Below are positions 1 through 10,423 of a stretch of DNA of 64,000 bases, in pieces; positions within the stretch are counted from its first letter, which is position 1; every line of letters begins with the position of its first letter. The notes under the pieces were generated by a model, which made no database searches, was not told where the DNA came from, and saw only the letters and a program-made list of their open reading frames with translations. Made by a program: the position numbers and the translations under genes. This DNA comes from Gammaproteobacteria bacterium (GTDB taxonomy: Bacteria > Pseudomonadota > Gammaproteobacteria > Eutrophobiales > Eutrophobiaceae). Where the stretch lies: NCBI GenBank assembly GCA_965116495.1, contig OZ220696.1, positions 1,472,001 to 1,536,000 on the forward strand, in the 5' to 3' direction.

Positions 1-957
1 CAGGATATTGTAAGGCTGGCCGCCCTGCCCCAGGTGATTCGGACGGAATTTTTCAAAGTTCCAGATCACCTGGAAGTTCAGGTCATCAAAGGCGCCTACT
101 GCGCCGGCACGGTATTCGGCGGAGAATATCCCCAGGGGAATACGGCTGTCTTCGAACTCTTCATAAATGCTCTGGATGGAGAAGTCGATGGGATTGACCT
201 GGTCCAGCACCCGGAACAGGTCGGTGCGGCCCCAAACTACCTGCTGGCGGCCAATACGGAGGTTGATCTCATCGCCGTTGTTGACCGGCACCGTGGCGTC
301 AACATAAATCTCCCGCAGCCAGCCGTGGTCGTCGGTGAACTCGGGGAAGCGCAGGTCGTCCATGGTCGCGTCCATGTAACCGGGGATACAGCCACGGGAA
401 TCCACGTCGCAGGGCCGGGTAGGGGCAAAGAACTCCAGGCCGCCGCCGAACTCACCGTTATTGTTTTTTATACCCAGTTCGCCGCCCACCTTTTTTAACC
501 CTTCATTGGGATTGGTTGCAAGATCAAATCCAAAACCACCCCCACCAGGTAGCGCGGGATTATTGGCAGTAACCGGTGAGTGACCCCATGGAGTCTGCAG
601 GCCGTTGGCATGACCGATAGGTATGCCTGAACTGGAACCGAAAACCTGACCACCTGAACGGTCACCAAACCTGTCATCATTCAGGTCATACACACCATCA
701 TAGCTGGCCCGTAAAGTCCCGTGGAACGAGAGTTCGGAGAAGAATCCCGTGGGCTTGAATACCTTGGACCACTCGATCTGGCCGCGCACGCGCTCCTTGG
801 TAATACCGTAATCAGCGCGATGGTGGTAGGTATTATCGAGGAAACCATGGATTTCCAAAGTACCGTCCTTGGAATTCCAGGCGGATGCCGTCAGTGATGC
901 GACAGCGAGGACACAGCCGAACGACAGCGTAAGTAAGAACCTGCGGATATTCATCAT
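1..957 (-). CDS. DUF1302-family outer-membrane protein (partial, runs off left edge)
   Basis: Manual translation from ATG 957 (RBS GGAGG upstream): signal peptide MMNIRRFLLTLSFGCVLAVASLTASA, then WLREIYVD...LRIGRQQVVWGRTDLFRVLDQVNP motif; context with RND and YCF48 genes. Not in the ORF track because there is no stop in the window. Confidence 0.8.
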   Translation of the reverse strand, partial: MMNIRRFLLTLSFGCVLAVASLTASAWNSKDGTLEIHGFLDNTYHHRADYGITKERVRGQIEWSKVFKPTGFFSELSFHGTLRASYDGVYDLNDDRFGDRSGGQVFGSSSGIPIGHANGLQTPWGHSPVTANNPALPGGGGFGFDLATNPNEGLKKVGGELGIKNNNGEFGGGLEFFAPTRPCDVDSRGCIPGYMDATMDDLRFPEFTDDHGWLREIYVDATVPVNNGDEINLRIGRQQVVWGRTDLFRVLDQVNPIDFSIQSIYEEFEDSRIPLGIFSAEYRAGAVGAFDDLNFQVIWNFEKFRPNHLGQGGQPYNIL

Positions 958-997
958 TTATCCTCCCATGCTATATGGCCAAGGTTTAGGTGATGGT

Positions 998-1015
998 AAA
1001 AATATCGATATTTTT
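998..1015. promoter_or_regulatory. Perfect 18-bp palindrome AAAAATATCGATATTTTT, putative GntR/FadR-type operator
   Basis: Upstream of the DUF1302 gene; the same ATATCGATAT core recurs at 11353-11384 next to the gntR gene. Confidence 0.6.
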
Positions 1016-1076
1016 TCATTATAGCCTCTTTAACGGTCAATGCTATCAATAATTTGACATTTGGCAAGTGTGCCTG

Positions 1077-3479
1077 TCAGGACAGGTCTTCAATCTCATC
1101 AATCGTCGAACCGGCGCCCTTCTCCCAGCGTTCCTCACCCGCCCTCATGATGAATTTGGGCTTGAAGATGTTCACCCAGGCCGGCACCAGGAACATGGCG
1201 GAGGCCATGTTCATCACCAGCATGATGATCAGCAGCCTGGCCGCGTCGGCCTGGAAGCGCAACTCGGAAATGAACACCCACATGATAATGCCGCCGACCA
1301 GGGTCGTGGCGGTCAGGGCGATGGCAACACCGGTGGTGCTCACTGCGCGGCGGATGGCGTCCTGCACGTTGTCCGCCACGTGCATCTCCTCCTTGATGCG
1401 ATCCATCATGTAGATGGCGTAATCCACCCCCAGTCCGATACCCACCGCGATCATGGGCACGGTATTGACGTTCAGTCCCATGTTCAGCAAGCCCATGCAG
1501 GCGTAGGTCAGCGTGGTGGCAAACGTCATGGAGACCAGCATCATGAAACCCGAGTGGAACGACCCGTAAAACCACAGGGTAAAAGCCAGGATCAGGACCA
1601 GCACCGCGGGCACTACAATCACGTTGGTCTCAAAGGCCTCCTCGTTGATGGCCGCAGTCACCCCCACCGGCCCACCGGCCAGGTCAATGTGCAGACCTTC
1701 CACCTGGCTGCCGGTAGTATCTATCCATTCCTTGGCCATGTGGATGGCGCGCCGGATAGTCTCGCCGGTATGGTCTTTATAGTAGAACACCATGTTGGCC
1801 AGGCGGTCGTCGGTGTCGATATACTCCTGCAACGCACCCTGGGTCGGCGCGGACATCATGAACATGAACAACAGGCCGCCGATATTCTGGTCGATGGAAG
1901 GAATCACCGACCAGCGCGGGTCGTTGTTACGGGTCATCTGGTTCACCTGCATCAGCAGGTTGTTCACCCCTTTGACCCCACCCAGCTTGGGATCCAGCAT
2001 CATGTGGTTCTGGAAATCAGCCAGAGCCTTCATGATCTCCGGTTTCTTCAGTCCGCCGTTCTCATCCGCGCGGGCGATGATGAACAGTTCCTCGGCGCCC
2101 GGGAAGCGGTCGTTGATCGCGGTGGAGGAAATATTGAAGTCATGATCGTGGTAAAGCAAAGGCGAGCCCGGTTCCGGTTCGCCGATCTGCACCCAGGAAC
2201 TGAAGTAAGTGGCGCACAGCGCAATAATCAGGCAGGTAATCAACACCGTTTTTGAACGCCCGCGGGTGCCGACCACCTGGGCAAACTTGGGAAAGATAAC
2301 CCGCGCCATGGTATGCTTGACGGCCACGTCTTTCGGCCTGGGCAACTCTGCCAGCAGCATGGGGATCACTATCAATACCGTGACGACCATGCACACCGCC
2401 CAGAACGATGCATAGATGGCCATTTTGTCGTTGATAGGCACGGAACCCAGCCCGATGAGATACAGGGCCGAAGCATCCGCAACAATCGCCAGCGCGCCGG
2501 GCCTGAACAGCGCATTAAACGTGTTCCTGGCAGCAGACACCTTCTCGTGGGTGCGGGACAATTCAAGAAAATAGCGTTCCATCTTCTGGATGCCGTGGGA
2601 CATGGACCGGGCCGAGATGAGAAACGGCACCACCAGCATCAACGGGTCCAGGTTATAACCGAACACCCCCATGAAACCCACTCCCCAGATACTGGTTAAT
2701 ATCATGCCCAGCAGCGGCAACAGGATGCCATACAGCCGGCGCGAGTAGAAGACCAGGATAGCCAGGACGATCAGTATGGTGTAGAAAAAGATGAGCAGGA
2801 TATCGCCGCTGTAGGAATCAACCCAACCCACCAGTACCGGATGGCCGGTTGCATGGATATTTACGCCGGACACAATTTCCGACGCCCGAATTTCCTGTAT
2901 TTCCTCAAACACCTTGCCGTAATCCAGTTGGCCTTCATTCAGGGTGCCCTTGATAAGGGCCGACTTCATGTCCGGCGACACCAGCAGGCCGTATACGTTG
3001 GTACTGGCCACCACGTCCCGCTGGATTTTTGCCAGTTGTTCTTCCGTATATTCATCATGGTGCGGGTCGTAATAGGTCTGCGATCGTATCGTCCCGTCCG
3101 GCGTCAGGAAGATTTTCCGGGTATTGCGATGGGTCAGGCTGCTCACCAGGTTATGGTTGATGTTGGATACGCTGTCCAGTTTCTGGGTAATGCGGTGGAT
3201 CCGGTCCAGGGAATCATTGGTGAAGATCGTGCCCTCCTCCACTTCCATGGCCATGACAATGATATTGGCGCCCCCGAAGGTATCCCGGATACTGTTATGC
3301 AGTTGTATATAGGGGTGCTCCTGGGGTAACAGGTCGGCAAAATCCGACAACATGCGAACGGCAGGTATATTCCATGCAAACATGGCCGTAATCAGGAAGA
3401 TAACGGCCAGTACAAATTTTCTGTTATTGAACAGGAAATTACCAAAAGTAGGAAAAATCTGACTGGTATCTAGTTTCAT
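1077..3479 (-). CDS. RND/MMPL-family transporter permease
   Basis: 800 aa, two repeats of periplasmic domain plus TM bundle, GIGLGVDYAIY motif. Confidence 0.9.
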   Translation of the reverse strand: MKLDTSQIFPTFGNFLFNNRKFVLAVIFLITAMFAWNIPAVRMLSDFADLLPQEHPYIQLHNSIRDTFGGANIIVMAMEVEEGTIFTNDSLDRIHRITQKLDSVSNINHNLVSSLTHRNTRKIFLTPDGTIRSQTYYDPHHDEYTEEQLAKIQRDVVASTNVYGLLVSPDMKSALIKGTLNEGQLDYGKVFEEIQEIRASEIVSGVNIHATGHPVLVGWVDSYSGDILLIFFYTILIVLAILVFYSRRLYGILLPLLGMILTSIWGVGFMGVFGYNLDPLMLVVPFLISARSMSHGIQKMERYFLELSRTHEKVSAARNTFNALFRPGALAIVADASALYLIGLGSVPINDKMAIYASFWAVCMVVTVLIVIPMLLAELPRPKDVAVKHTMARVIFPKFAQVVGTRGRSKTVLITCLIIALCATYFSSWVQIGEPEPGSPLLYHDHDFNISSTAINDRFPGAEELFIIARADENGGLKKPEIMKALADFQNHMMLDPKLGGVKGVNNLLMQVNQMTRNNDPRWSVIPSIDQNIGGLLFMFMMSAPTQGALQEYIDTDDRLANMVFYYKDHTGETIRRAIHMAKEWIDTTGSQVEGLHIDLAGGPVGVTAAINEEAFETNVIVVPAVLVLILAFTLWFYGSFHSGFMMLVSMTFATTLTYACMGLLNMGLNVNTVPMIAVGIGLGVDYAIYMMDRIKEEMHVADNVQDAIRRAVSTTGVAIALTATTLVGGIIMWVFISELRFQADAARLLIIMLVMNMASAMFLVPAWVNIFKPKFIMRAGEERWEKGAGSTIDEIEDLS

Positions 3480-4468
3480 CGTTTTTCACTGTTCAACAAT
3501 TCATCGATGGAAAAAACATGTAACACGCCACCGGGACCGCTGACTATTAACCGGTGATCAGGCAAGGGCTGTATCCCGCGCAGGTACAGCCGGAACGGTT
3601 GGCCGTGATCGACCGGCGCCCACTTTCCTCCTTCATAACGGAATATGGTGCCTTCGCCACCGACAACGAATATATGGCCGTTGGATTCAGCCAGGGTGTA
3701 CAAGGTGACCAGGCTGCCGGTGGCTTGAATCTGCCAGGTCTGTCCGCCGTCGAAAGTTTCCAGGACGACACCTCCCAGACCGGCAATCCATCCCTTGTCC
3801 TGATCTTCAAAATACATGCTCTGCGGATAAAACTCATCGGGCATGGGGGGCATCAATTCCCAGGTGGCTCCAGCGTCCCCGGTTTTCAGCAGAGTGCCGA
3901 ACTCACCGGCGATATAAGCGGTCCGTTCATCGAAGAACTGGATGCCCGTATAAATCACATCTTCATCCCGGGAGGATACTTCCCAGGTGGCGCCGCCATC
4001 CCGGCTGATGGATACGGTGGAAAAACTGCCTACCACCCATAAATTGCCGGCAGGGTCGCACTGGATGGCCTGCGGCGCTTCCTCGGTGGTCAGTCTGCTC
4101 TGGTTCCAGACCCGGCCTCCGTCACTGGAAAGCCACACCTCACCTTCAAAAGCCAGCGCGGCAAACAGGCCGTTACTGCAACTGGCGATGTCCAGGAAAG
4201 AGGGCCAGGAAGAAATTTCCTGGCGCTGCCAGGTCGCTCCGCTATCTCCCGATGTCAGGATGACCCCGCTTGCCCCCACTGCAACAACATTCTGCCCGGA
4301 GGAGCCGACTGCCTGGAAATTATCCGTCCTGCGGATCGGAGACTGTCCCATTTTTTCAACCTCGTCCAGTACCAGCGGCGCTTCACAGCCGGAGGACAGC
4401 AGGCAGACAACAGCCAGCAGGCAGCAACAGGCCAACCTGGTCATACTTGTTATCTTGTTATTATTCAC
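3476..4468 (-). CDS. YCF48/BNR-repeat beta-propeller lipoprotein
   Basis: Repeated SxDGGxTW (BNR) motifs, lipobox-like LLSSGC; start reassigned to GTG 4468 after GGGGAG RBS (ORF track start 4579 runs through repeats). Confidence 0.85.
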   Translation of the reverse strand: MNNNKITSMTRLACCCLLAVVCLLSSGCEAPLVLDEVEKMGQSPIRRTDNFQAVGSSGQNVVAVGASGVILTSGDSGATWQRQEISSWPSFLDIASCSNGLFAALAFEGEVWLSSDGGRVWNQSRLTTEEAPQAIQCDPAGNLWVVGSFSTVSISRDGGATWEVSSRDEDVIYTGIQFFDERTAYIAGEFGTLLKTGDAGATWELMPPMPDEFYPQSMYFEDQDKGWIAGLGGVVLETFDGGQTWQIQATGSLVTLYTLAESNGHIFVVGGEGTIFRYEGGKWAPVDHGQPFRLYLRGIQPLPDHRLIVSGPGGVLHVFSIDELLNSEKR

Positions 4469-4517
4469 TATCTCCCCTTTATCCGAAAAAGTGTCACCAC
4501 AGGCGACTGTTTGTCCA

Positions 4518-4602
4518 CTGGCTTCCTGCTTTCGCAGGAATGGCCTCCCCGTCTGCCATCCCGTCCCCTCGTCCGCCATGCCGGGCTTGACCCGGCATCC
4601 AG
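4518..4602. repeat. Two RPE/REP-like palindromes (CTGGxTTCC...GGAATG and CGCCATGCCGGGCTTGACCCGGCATCCAG)
   Basis: Same family as 8336, 22241, 34878, 35908. Confidence 0.7.
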
Positions 4603-4644
4603 TATAAATACCGTGTCGCCTCCGACGACTCCTTTTTATCGTTT

Positions 4645-5427
4645 TCAGATCATACGGAAGCTGACCTTGCCCAGGTCCTGGAAACGTACATTGAGACTAT
4701 CGCCCTTCCCCACGGCTACTGCTGCCGTTATGCCACCTGTCATGATAAATGTCCCGGCAGGTATCACTTCGCCGCGTTCTGCCAGCATATTCGCCAGCAT
4801 GGCAACGCTGGACGCCGGGTGTCCCAGTACCGCCGCGCCTGCGCCGGTCTCGACTACCTCGCCGTTCTTTTCCATAACTACTCCCAGGACAGGCATGTCG
4901 ACGGCTGCCGCGTCCCGCATCACGCTGCCGCTGACAAAGCCGGCAGCCGAGGTGTTATCGGCGATAACGCTCTTCAGGTCGAAGCGGAAATTTTCATAGC
5001 GGGAATCTATGATCTCCACTGCCCCGACAATGAAATCAATGGCTGTCAATACCTGGCCGATATGACAACCCGGTCCTGCCAGTTCAGTCCTGGTCATAAC
5101 GGCCACCTCCGCTTCCACCCGGGGATGGATAAACATCCCCGTATCGATTTCCGCGCCGTCGCCATAACTGCCGTAATCGGACAAAAACCCATACACCGGC
5201 GTTGTCACGCCCATCTGTTTCATTTTTGCCTGGGAGGTCAGACCCATTTTCAGGCCGGCGATTTTACCGCCGCGCTCTGTTTTGCGACGGCGGATCTCAT
5301 ACTGGATGGAATACGCGTCTTCCCAGTCAAGTTCCGGGTGGGCATCGGTGATTTTCGTCACCGGCTGCCTGTTGAGCTCGGCATTTTCCAGGAGCTCTGC
5401 CAGTTGGCTGATCGTTTCCTGATCCAT
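4645..5427 (-). CDS. dmpH: 4-oxalocrotonate (2-oxo-3-hexenedioate) decarboxylase
   Basis: FAH fold; GLKMGLTSQAKMKQMGV, HPRVEAE, DSRYENFRFDLKSVIADNTS. Confidence 0.9.
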   Translation of the reverse strand: MDQETISQLAELLENAELNRQPVTKITDAHPELDWEDAYSIQYEIRRRKTERGGKIAGLKMGLTSQAKMKQMGVTTPVYGFLSDYGSYGDGAEIDTGMFIHPRVEAEVAVMTRTELAGPGCHIGQVLTAIDFIVGAVEIIDSRYENFRFDLKSVIADNTSAAGFVSGSVMRDAAAVDMPVLGVVMEKNGEVVETGAGAAVLGHPASSVAMLANMLAERGEVIPAGTFIMTGGITAAVAVGKGDSLNVRFQDLGKVSFRMI

Positions 5428-5429
5428 GG

Positions 5430-6551
5430 TTATTGCGCTGCCCCCTGCTTACTGCCTGCAGGGGCAGGCCCCTGCTTAATACCTGCAGAGCCTGCCCCCG
5501 CAGTAGTAAGCGGGGGGACGGGCTTCAGTTCACGGCGTGCGCGCACCATGTTCAGCGCCACGTCCTCAATCATGTCTTCCTGGCCGCCGATGGTTTTCAT
5601 CTTCCCCAGTTCAACCAGGATATCTCCCGATGGGATATTGTATTTTTCCCCCACACGTTGTGCATGCAGGAGAAAGGAGGAGTACACGCCTGCATAGCCC
5701 ATGATCAGTGAATCACGGTCAACCCGGATCTGCTGGTCCATCATGGGCACTACATTGTCCTCCGCCACGTTCATCAGCTTATATACATCCACACCGGTTT
5801 TAACACCCATACGGTCCAGCACCGCATTGAATACTTCCAGGGGGGTGTTGCCGGCGCCGGCACCCAGACCCGCGGCGGAACCGTCAATCCGATCCGCGCC
5901 GGCTTCTACGGCCGCCAATGAGTTGGCAATACCCATAGCCATATTGTGGTGCCCATGAAAACCAATCTCGGTGTCCTCATTCAACCCTGCGCGCAAGGCC
6001 CCGATACGGGCCGTGACGTCATCCGGCAACATGTAGCCGGCGGAATCGGTACAGTAAATACAATTGGCGCCGTAGGATTCCATCAGTTTTCCCTGCTCAA
6101 GCAATTGCTGCGGCTCCACCATGTGCGCCATCATCAGGAAGCCTACCGTGTCCAGGTCAAGCTTTCGGGCGGAACTGATGTGTTGTTCGGACACATCCGC
6201 TTCAGTACAGTGGGTCGCCACGCGAATAGTGTGCACCCCACAGTCCCGGGCCATGTTCAAATGGTCCACGGTGCCGATCCCGGGCAACAATAACGCCGAT
6301 ATTTTTGCATTCTTCATGCGCGGGATGACTGCCCGCAAATATTCTTCATCCGAACTGGCGGGGAAACCGTAATTGATGGAAGCGCCGCCCAGTCCGTCAC
6401 CATGGGTGACTTCGATAAGGTGTATTCCCGCATCGTCCAGTGCAGAAGCGATATCAACCATCTGTTCAATGCTGATCAGGTGACGTTTGGCATGCATTCC
6501 GTCACGCAGGCACATATCATGCAATTTGACTGTTTTGCCCGTCAGGTTCAT
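5430..6551 (-). CDS. dmpG: 4-hydroxy-2-oxovalerate aldolase
   Basis: [31 protein letters not shown] motifs. Confidence 0.95.
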   Translation of the reverse strand: MNLTGKTVKLHDMCLRDGMHAKRHLISIEQMVDIASALDDAGIHLIEVTHGDGLGGASINYGFPASSDEEYLRAVIPRMKNAKISALLLPGIGTVDHLNMARDCGVHTIRVATHCTEADVSEQHISSARKLDLDTVGFLMMAHMVEPQQLLEQGKLMESYGANCIYCTDSAGYMLPDDVTARIGALRAGLNEDTEIGFHGHHNMAMGIANSLAAVEAGADRIDGSAAGLGAGAGNTPLEVFNAVLDRMGVKTGVDVYKLMNVAEDNVVPMMDQQIRVDRDSLIMGYAGVYSSFLLHAQRVGEKYNIPSGDILVELGKMKTIGGQEDMIEDVALNMVRARRELKPVPPLTTAGAGSAGIKQGPAPAGSKQGAAQ

Positions 6552-6562
6552 AGCTGCCTCTC

Positions 6563-7471
6563 CTAGGCGTTTACGGCTGCCGGCTGCACGGCGCCATTGA
6601 TTATCTCTTCCGCAAACATCTCACCGGTGCGTAACGCCGCAGCAGTCATGATGTCCAGGTTGCCCGCATATTCCGGCAGGTAATCTCCCAGGCCTTTCAC
6701 CTCCATGAAGATGGACACGCGGTTGCCGTCGAATACCGGGCCGTTTTTCAGTTGATATCCCGGCACGTATTTTTGCACCTCCCTGATCATGTCATGGACG
6801 GAGCGTGTGATAGCGTCCTCATCCGGAGTGTCTTCCGTCAGGCAATGGATGGTATCACGCATAATCATTGGAGGTTCTGCCGGGTTCAGGATGATGATCG
6901 CCTTGCCCTGTCCGGCGCCGCCTACCCGTTCCAGTCCGTTAGCCGTAGTGCGGGTAAATTCATCAATATTCTTGCGCGTACCGGGTCCTGCCGACTTTGA
7001 CGCGACGGTGGCAACAATTTCCGCATATTTCACCGGTTGTATCCTGCTCACTGCGGCTACCATGGGAATGGTCGCCTGCCCGCCGCAACTGACCATGTTT
7101 ACGTTGGTCTCCTGTCTCCCCACGTGCTCCTGCAGGTTAACGGGCGGCACACAGTAAGGGCCGATAGCCGCCGGGGTCAGGTCGATGACCAGCACACCGC
7201 GCGCCTCCAGCTTGCTGGAGTTTTCCGGATGGATATAGGCGGAGGTTGCATCAAAAGCAATTTTGATGCCGTCGGCATCTATGTGTTCAAGCAACTCATC
7301 CACACCCGCGTGGGTCGTCTTCAAGCCGCTGGCTCTTGCCTGCGCCAAGCCGTCCGAGGCGGGGTCTATACCCACCATCCAGACCGGATTAATCCAGTCA
7401 CTGCGCAGTGCTTTCATCATCAGGTCTGTTCCGATATTCCCGGAACCGACCAGCGCAGCATTTACTTTCAT
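6563..7471 (-). CDS. dmpF: Acetaldehyde dehydrogenase (acylating)
   Basis: [41 protein letters not shown]. Confidence 0.95.
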   Translation of the reverse strand: MKVNAALVGSGNIGTDLMMKALRSDWINPVWMVGIDPASDGLAQARASGLKTTHAGVDELLEHIDADGIKIAFDATSAYIHPENSSKLEARGVLVIDLTPAAIGPYCVPPVNLQEHVGRQETNVNMVSCGGQATIPMVAAVSRIQPVKYAEIVATVASKSAGPGTRKNIDEFTRTTANGLERVGGAGQGKAIIILNPAEPPMIMRDTIHCLTEDTPDEDAITRSVHDMIREVQKYVPGYQLKNGPVFDGNRVSIFMEVKGLGDYLPEYAGNLDIMTAAALRTGEMFAEEIINGAVQPAAVNA

Positions 7472-7491
7472 ATCATCAGCCTCAAGTTTAA

Positions 7492-7515
7492 GGGGACGGA
7501 GTTAAATCCGTCCCC
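7492..7515. repeat. REP-like palindrome GGGGACGGA-N6-TCCGTCCCC
   Basis: Related copies at 29224, 36818 and degenerate at 46742. Confidence 0.7.
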
Positions 7516-7541
7516 GGAGGTTGGATCCCAACGCAAGACAA

Positions 7542-8333
7542 TTACGTAAACCGCACGGATGCATTGCCGATACCGCCAATGGATAAACTCATCGAATCTC
7601 CCGCCACGACCGGATGCAGGGGAACAAGGGAACCCGACAGGATCACTTCGCCGGCCTCCAGCTTGATACCGAATCCACCCAGGGTATTCGCCAGCCAGGC
7701 AACACAGTTAACCGGCGAACCCAGGGCCGCGGCGCCGGCGCCCGTGGCAATGACTTCACCGTTCTTTGAATGCACCATACCGCAGGTAACCAGGTCTACG
7801 TTACGCGGGTCAACACCCCTGTCGCCCAGCATGAATGCGCCGCAGGAGGCATTATCCGAAATGGTATCCTGGATCCTGATTTTCCAGTCCCGGATACGGG
7901 AGTCCACAATTTCAAAACAGGGCATCACGCATTCCGTGGCGCGCAGGACATCGGCATTGGTGACACCCGGTCCCTCCAGGTCATGTTTCAGGATGAATGC
8001 TATCTCTCCCTCCGCCCGTGGTTGTATCATTTCCGAACTGATGGGTATTTCGTCCCCGTTGTTATAAACCATGCGGTCTGTCAGGTAACCGAAATCCGGC
8101 TGGTCGACCTGGAGCATGTTCATTACTGCCTTGCTGGTAACACCGATTTTTTTGCCGATGACTACTTCACCATCATCCAGGCGCCGCTGCAGCAACCGCA
8201 GTGAAATACGGTAAGCGTCCTCGATGGTTATATCAGGCTCCCGCTCCGTTAACGGCTCGATAGTTTTACGCTTGCGCAGACAATCGTAGAGCGTATTACC
8301 GTAGGACAGTATTTTGTCAGCAGCAAAAATCAT
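7542..8333 (-). CDS. dmpE: 2-oxopent-4-enoate hydratase
   Basis: GKKIGVTSKAV, QPDFGYL, QPRAEGE, DSRIRDWKIRIQDT. Confidence 0.9.
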   Translation of the reverse strand: MIFAADKILSYGNTLYDCLRKRKTIEPLTEREPDITIEDAYRISLRLLQRRLDDGEVVIGKKIGVTSKAVMNMLQVDQPDFGYLTDRMVYNNGDEIPISSEMIQPRAEGEIAFILKHDLEGPGVTNADVLRATECVMPCFEIVDSRIRDWKIRIQDTISDNASCGAFMLGDRGVDPRNVDLVTCGMVHSKNGEVIATGAGAAALGSPVNCVAWLANTLGGFGIKLEAGEVILSGSLVPLHPVVAGDSMSLSIGGIGNASVRFT

Positions 8334-8335
8334 AT

Positions 8336-8374
8336 CGTCATTCCCGCGTCATTCCCGCGCAAGCGGGAATCCAG
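8336..8374. repeat. RPE/dRS3-like palindrome CGTCATTCCCGCGCAAGCGGGAATCCAG with partial duplication
   Basis: ATTCCC-N8-GGGAAT core. Confidence 0.7.
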
Positions 8375-8392
8375 TCAACCACATAATATTCT

Positions 8393-9883
8393 TCATAATT
8401 TCAAACACACGTTGCGCATTTCAGTGTAAAACTCCAGCGAGTGTACACCACCTTCACGGCCTATGCCTGATTGTTTGGAGCCGCCGAAGGGTGTCCTCAG
8501 GTCCCGCAGGAACCAGCAGTTGACCCAGGTAATACCCACTTCAATAGCGGTAGCAACCCGGTGCGCGCGCGCTGCGTCCCCGGTCCAGATTGCCGTTGCC
8601 AGTCCATACGGCGTATCGTTAGCCATGCTGATCACTTCTGCTTCTTCATCAAAGGGCTGAATATGGCAGCAGGGACCGAAGATCTCTTCTCGAATAACCG
8701 GCGATGACTCGGGCAGACCCGTCCAGATAGTCGGCTCCACCCAGAAACCGCCTCCCAGTTCATCCGGCACTTGTGGAACAGCGCCGCCGGTAACAATTTC
8801 TGCCCCCTCCTCCCTGGCCTTTTGGTAGTAGGACAACACCTTCTCCCTTTGCTGCCGGCTGATCATGGGTCCGAGGGTGGTCGTTGCGAGTTCGGGCCGT
8901 CCGGCCACCAGGTTTTCCGCGCCCAGCTTGAGCCGTTGCACGAATTCGTCAAACACGGACCGCTCAACGTAAACCCTTTCCGTACCCAGGCAAACCTGGC
9001 CGCAATTGGCAAACGCCGAGCGCATGGTTCCCACTATGGCTTGATCCATATCACAGTCGGCAAACACCACACCCGCATTCTTGCCGCCCAGTTCAAACGA
9101 TACGTCGCGCAGGCCAACCGCCGCCGCCTGCATGATCTGGCTGCCCGTGGCCGTTTCCCCGGTAAACGTGATGGCGTCCACGCCCGGGTGTTCGGTCAGG
9201 AACTGGCCGGCGGAATCGGGACCGAAACCGTGCACCACGTTATATACACCCGCCGGTATGCCGACTGAATTCATCACCTCGCCCAGCAGGGTTGCCGTCG
9301 CAGGAGTCTCCTCCGACGGCTTGACCACAACGCTGTTGCCGCAGGCCAGTGCCGGCCCGACCTTCCAGGTCATCAGCAGCAAGGGCAAATTCCAGGGACA
9401 GATGACAGCGATAACACCCTTGGGCACCCGTAGCGCATAATTCAGCGCCCCGGCGCCGTCCGGGGTATCCATCATGAAGGATTCTGCGGGTACGTTCTTG
9501 ATGACATCCGCAAAGATTTTGAAGTTGGCCGCGCCCCGTGGAATATCAATGTGCCTGGCCAATGACCAAGGCTTGCCGGTATCCAGACATTCCGCTTCAA
9601 GAAAATCATCGAAGCGGGCGTTAATCCCGTCGGCTAGGTCATACAGTAACGCGACCCGCTGCTGTACAGTCATTGCGCCCCAGGGTCCCGTCAGGGCGGC
9701 ACGGGCAGCGTTGACTACCGTGTCGACCTCTTCCCTGCCCGCTTCATGGACCTGTGCATAGGCCTCGCCCGTTACCGGGTTAAGCGTATCGAACATCCTG
9801 CCGCCGGCAGACCCGATAAATTCGCCGTTAACAAAATGACAAAACGGCGTACCTGAAATGACTTGTTCTACTTTTGCGTGCAT
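8393..9883 (-). CDS. dmpC: 2-hydroxymuconic semialdehyde dehydrogenase
   Basis: ALDH: HIDIPRGAANF, FELGGKN, NCGQVCLGTER, EEIFGPC, WFLRDLRTPFGG. Confidence 0.93.
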   Translation of the reverse strand: MHAKVEQVISGTPFCHFVNGEFIGSAGGRMFDTLNPVTGEAYAQVHEAGREEVDTVVNAARAALTGPWGAMTVQQRVALLYDLADGINARFDDFLEAECLDTGKPWSLARHIDIPRGAANFKIFADVIKNVPAESFMMDTPDGAGALNYALRVPKGVIAVICPWNLPLLLMTWKVGPALACGNSVVVKPSEETPATATLLGEVMNSVGIPAGVYNVVHGFGPDSAGQFLTEHPGVDAITFTGETATGSQIMQAAAVGLRDVSFELGGKNAGVVFADCDMDQAIVGTMRSAFANCGQVCLGTERVYVERSVFDEFVQRLKLGAENLVAGRPELATTTLGPMISRQQREKVLSYYQKAREEGAEIVTGGAVPQVPDELGGGFWVEPTIWTGLPESSPVIREEIFGPCCHIQPFDEEAEVISMANDTPYGLATAIWTGDAARAHRVATAIEVGITWVNCWFLRDLRTPFGGSKQSGIGREGGVHSLEFYTEMRNVCLKL

Positions 9884-9898
9884 TATCCCGAACCCTCA

Positions 9899-9990
9899 AA
9901 TGGGGTCAGGTCGCACAATGCACACGCAAAGATAATAAGTGCGAAGTCTTGGCAAACCTCTGCGTGTGCATTGTGCGACCTGACCCCATT
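9899..9990. repeat. REPIN/MITE-like hairpin element, copy A (ATGGGGTCAGGTCGCACAATGCACAC...inverted)
   Basis: ~30-bp perfect inverted arms; homologous copies at 11240 and 39823. Confidence 0.85.
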
Positions 9991-10421
9991 CATGCATTGT
10001 CATGCAGAATTTTCAGCGCATATTCTGCAATTTCCTCATCCTGCTTCTCACTCGCCCCGGAGACACCGATGGCGCCAACGCGGCGCCCGTCGACTTCTAT
10101 GGGGACACCCCCGCCGCAGGTCAAAAGCCGGTCCACCGAGGGCAGGCCGGATCGACACGACACAGACAGGTTGGCGATCACTTCCTCCCACTTCGACGTG
10201 GGCATACCGAAACTCATTGCCGTGTACGCCTTGCTGACGGCCACGTCAATGGAATGGAATGCCGAACCCGGCATGCGCAGGAAAGCAGCCAGGTGACCGC
10301 CGCTGTCCACGACCGCGACGTTGACTTTTACGTCCATTTCATCTGCCTGCTGCACTGCGGCCCGTACCAGTGCATGGGCTGCTTCCCAATGGATGTTGTT
10401 CTGCTCTACAGTGACTTTCAT
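9990..10421 (-). CDS. GlcG/HbpS-family heme-binding protein (NahX/CmpX-like)
   Basis: VAVVDSGGHL..FLRM, SIDVAVSKAYTA, GGGVPI...GAIGVSG; common in meta-cleavage operons. Confidence 0.9.
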   Translation of the reverse strand: MKVTVEQNNIHWEAAHALVRAAVQQADEMDVKVNVAVVDSGGHLAAFLRMPGSAFHSIDVAVSKAYTAMSFGMPTSKWEEVIANLSVSCRSGLPSVDRLLTCGGGVPIEVDGRRVGAIGVSGASEKQDEEIAEYALKILHDNA

Positions 10422-10423
10422 CT

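Noticed and set aside
4600-4645. 4-oxalocrotonate tautomerase (dmpI) after dmpH
   Set aside because: No MP-initiated small ORF found; the interval is repeat-derived
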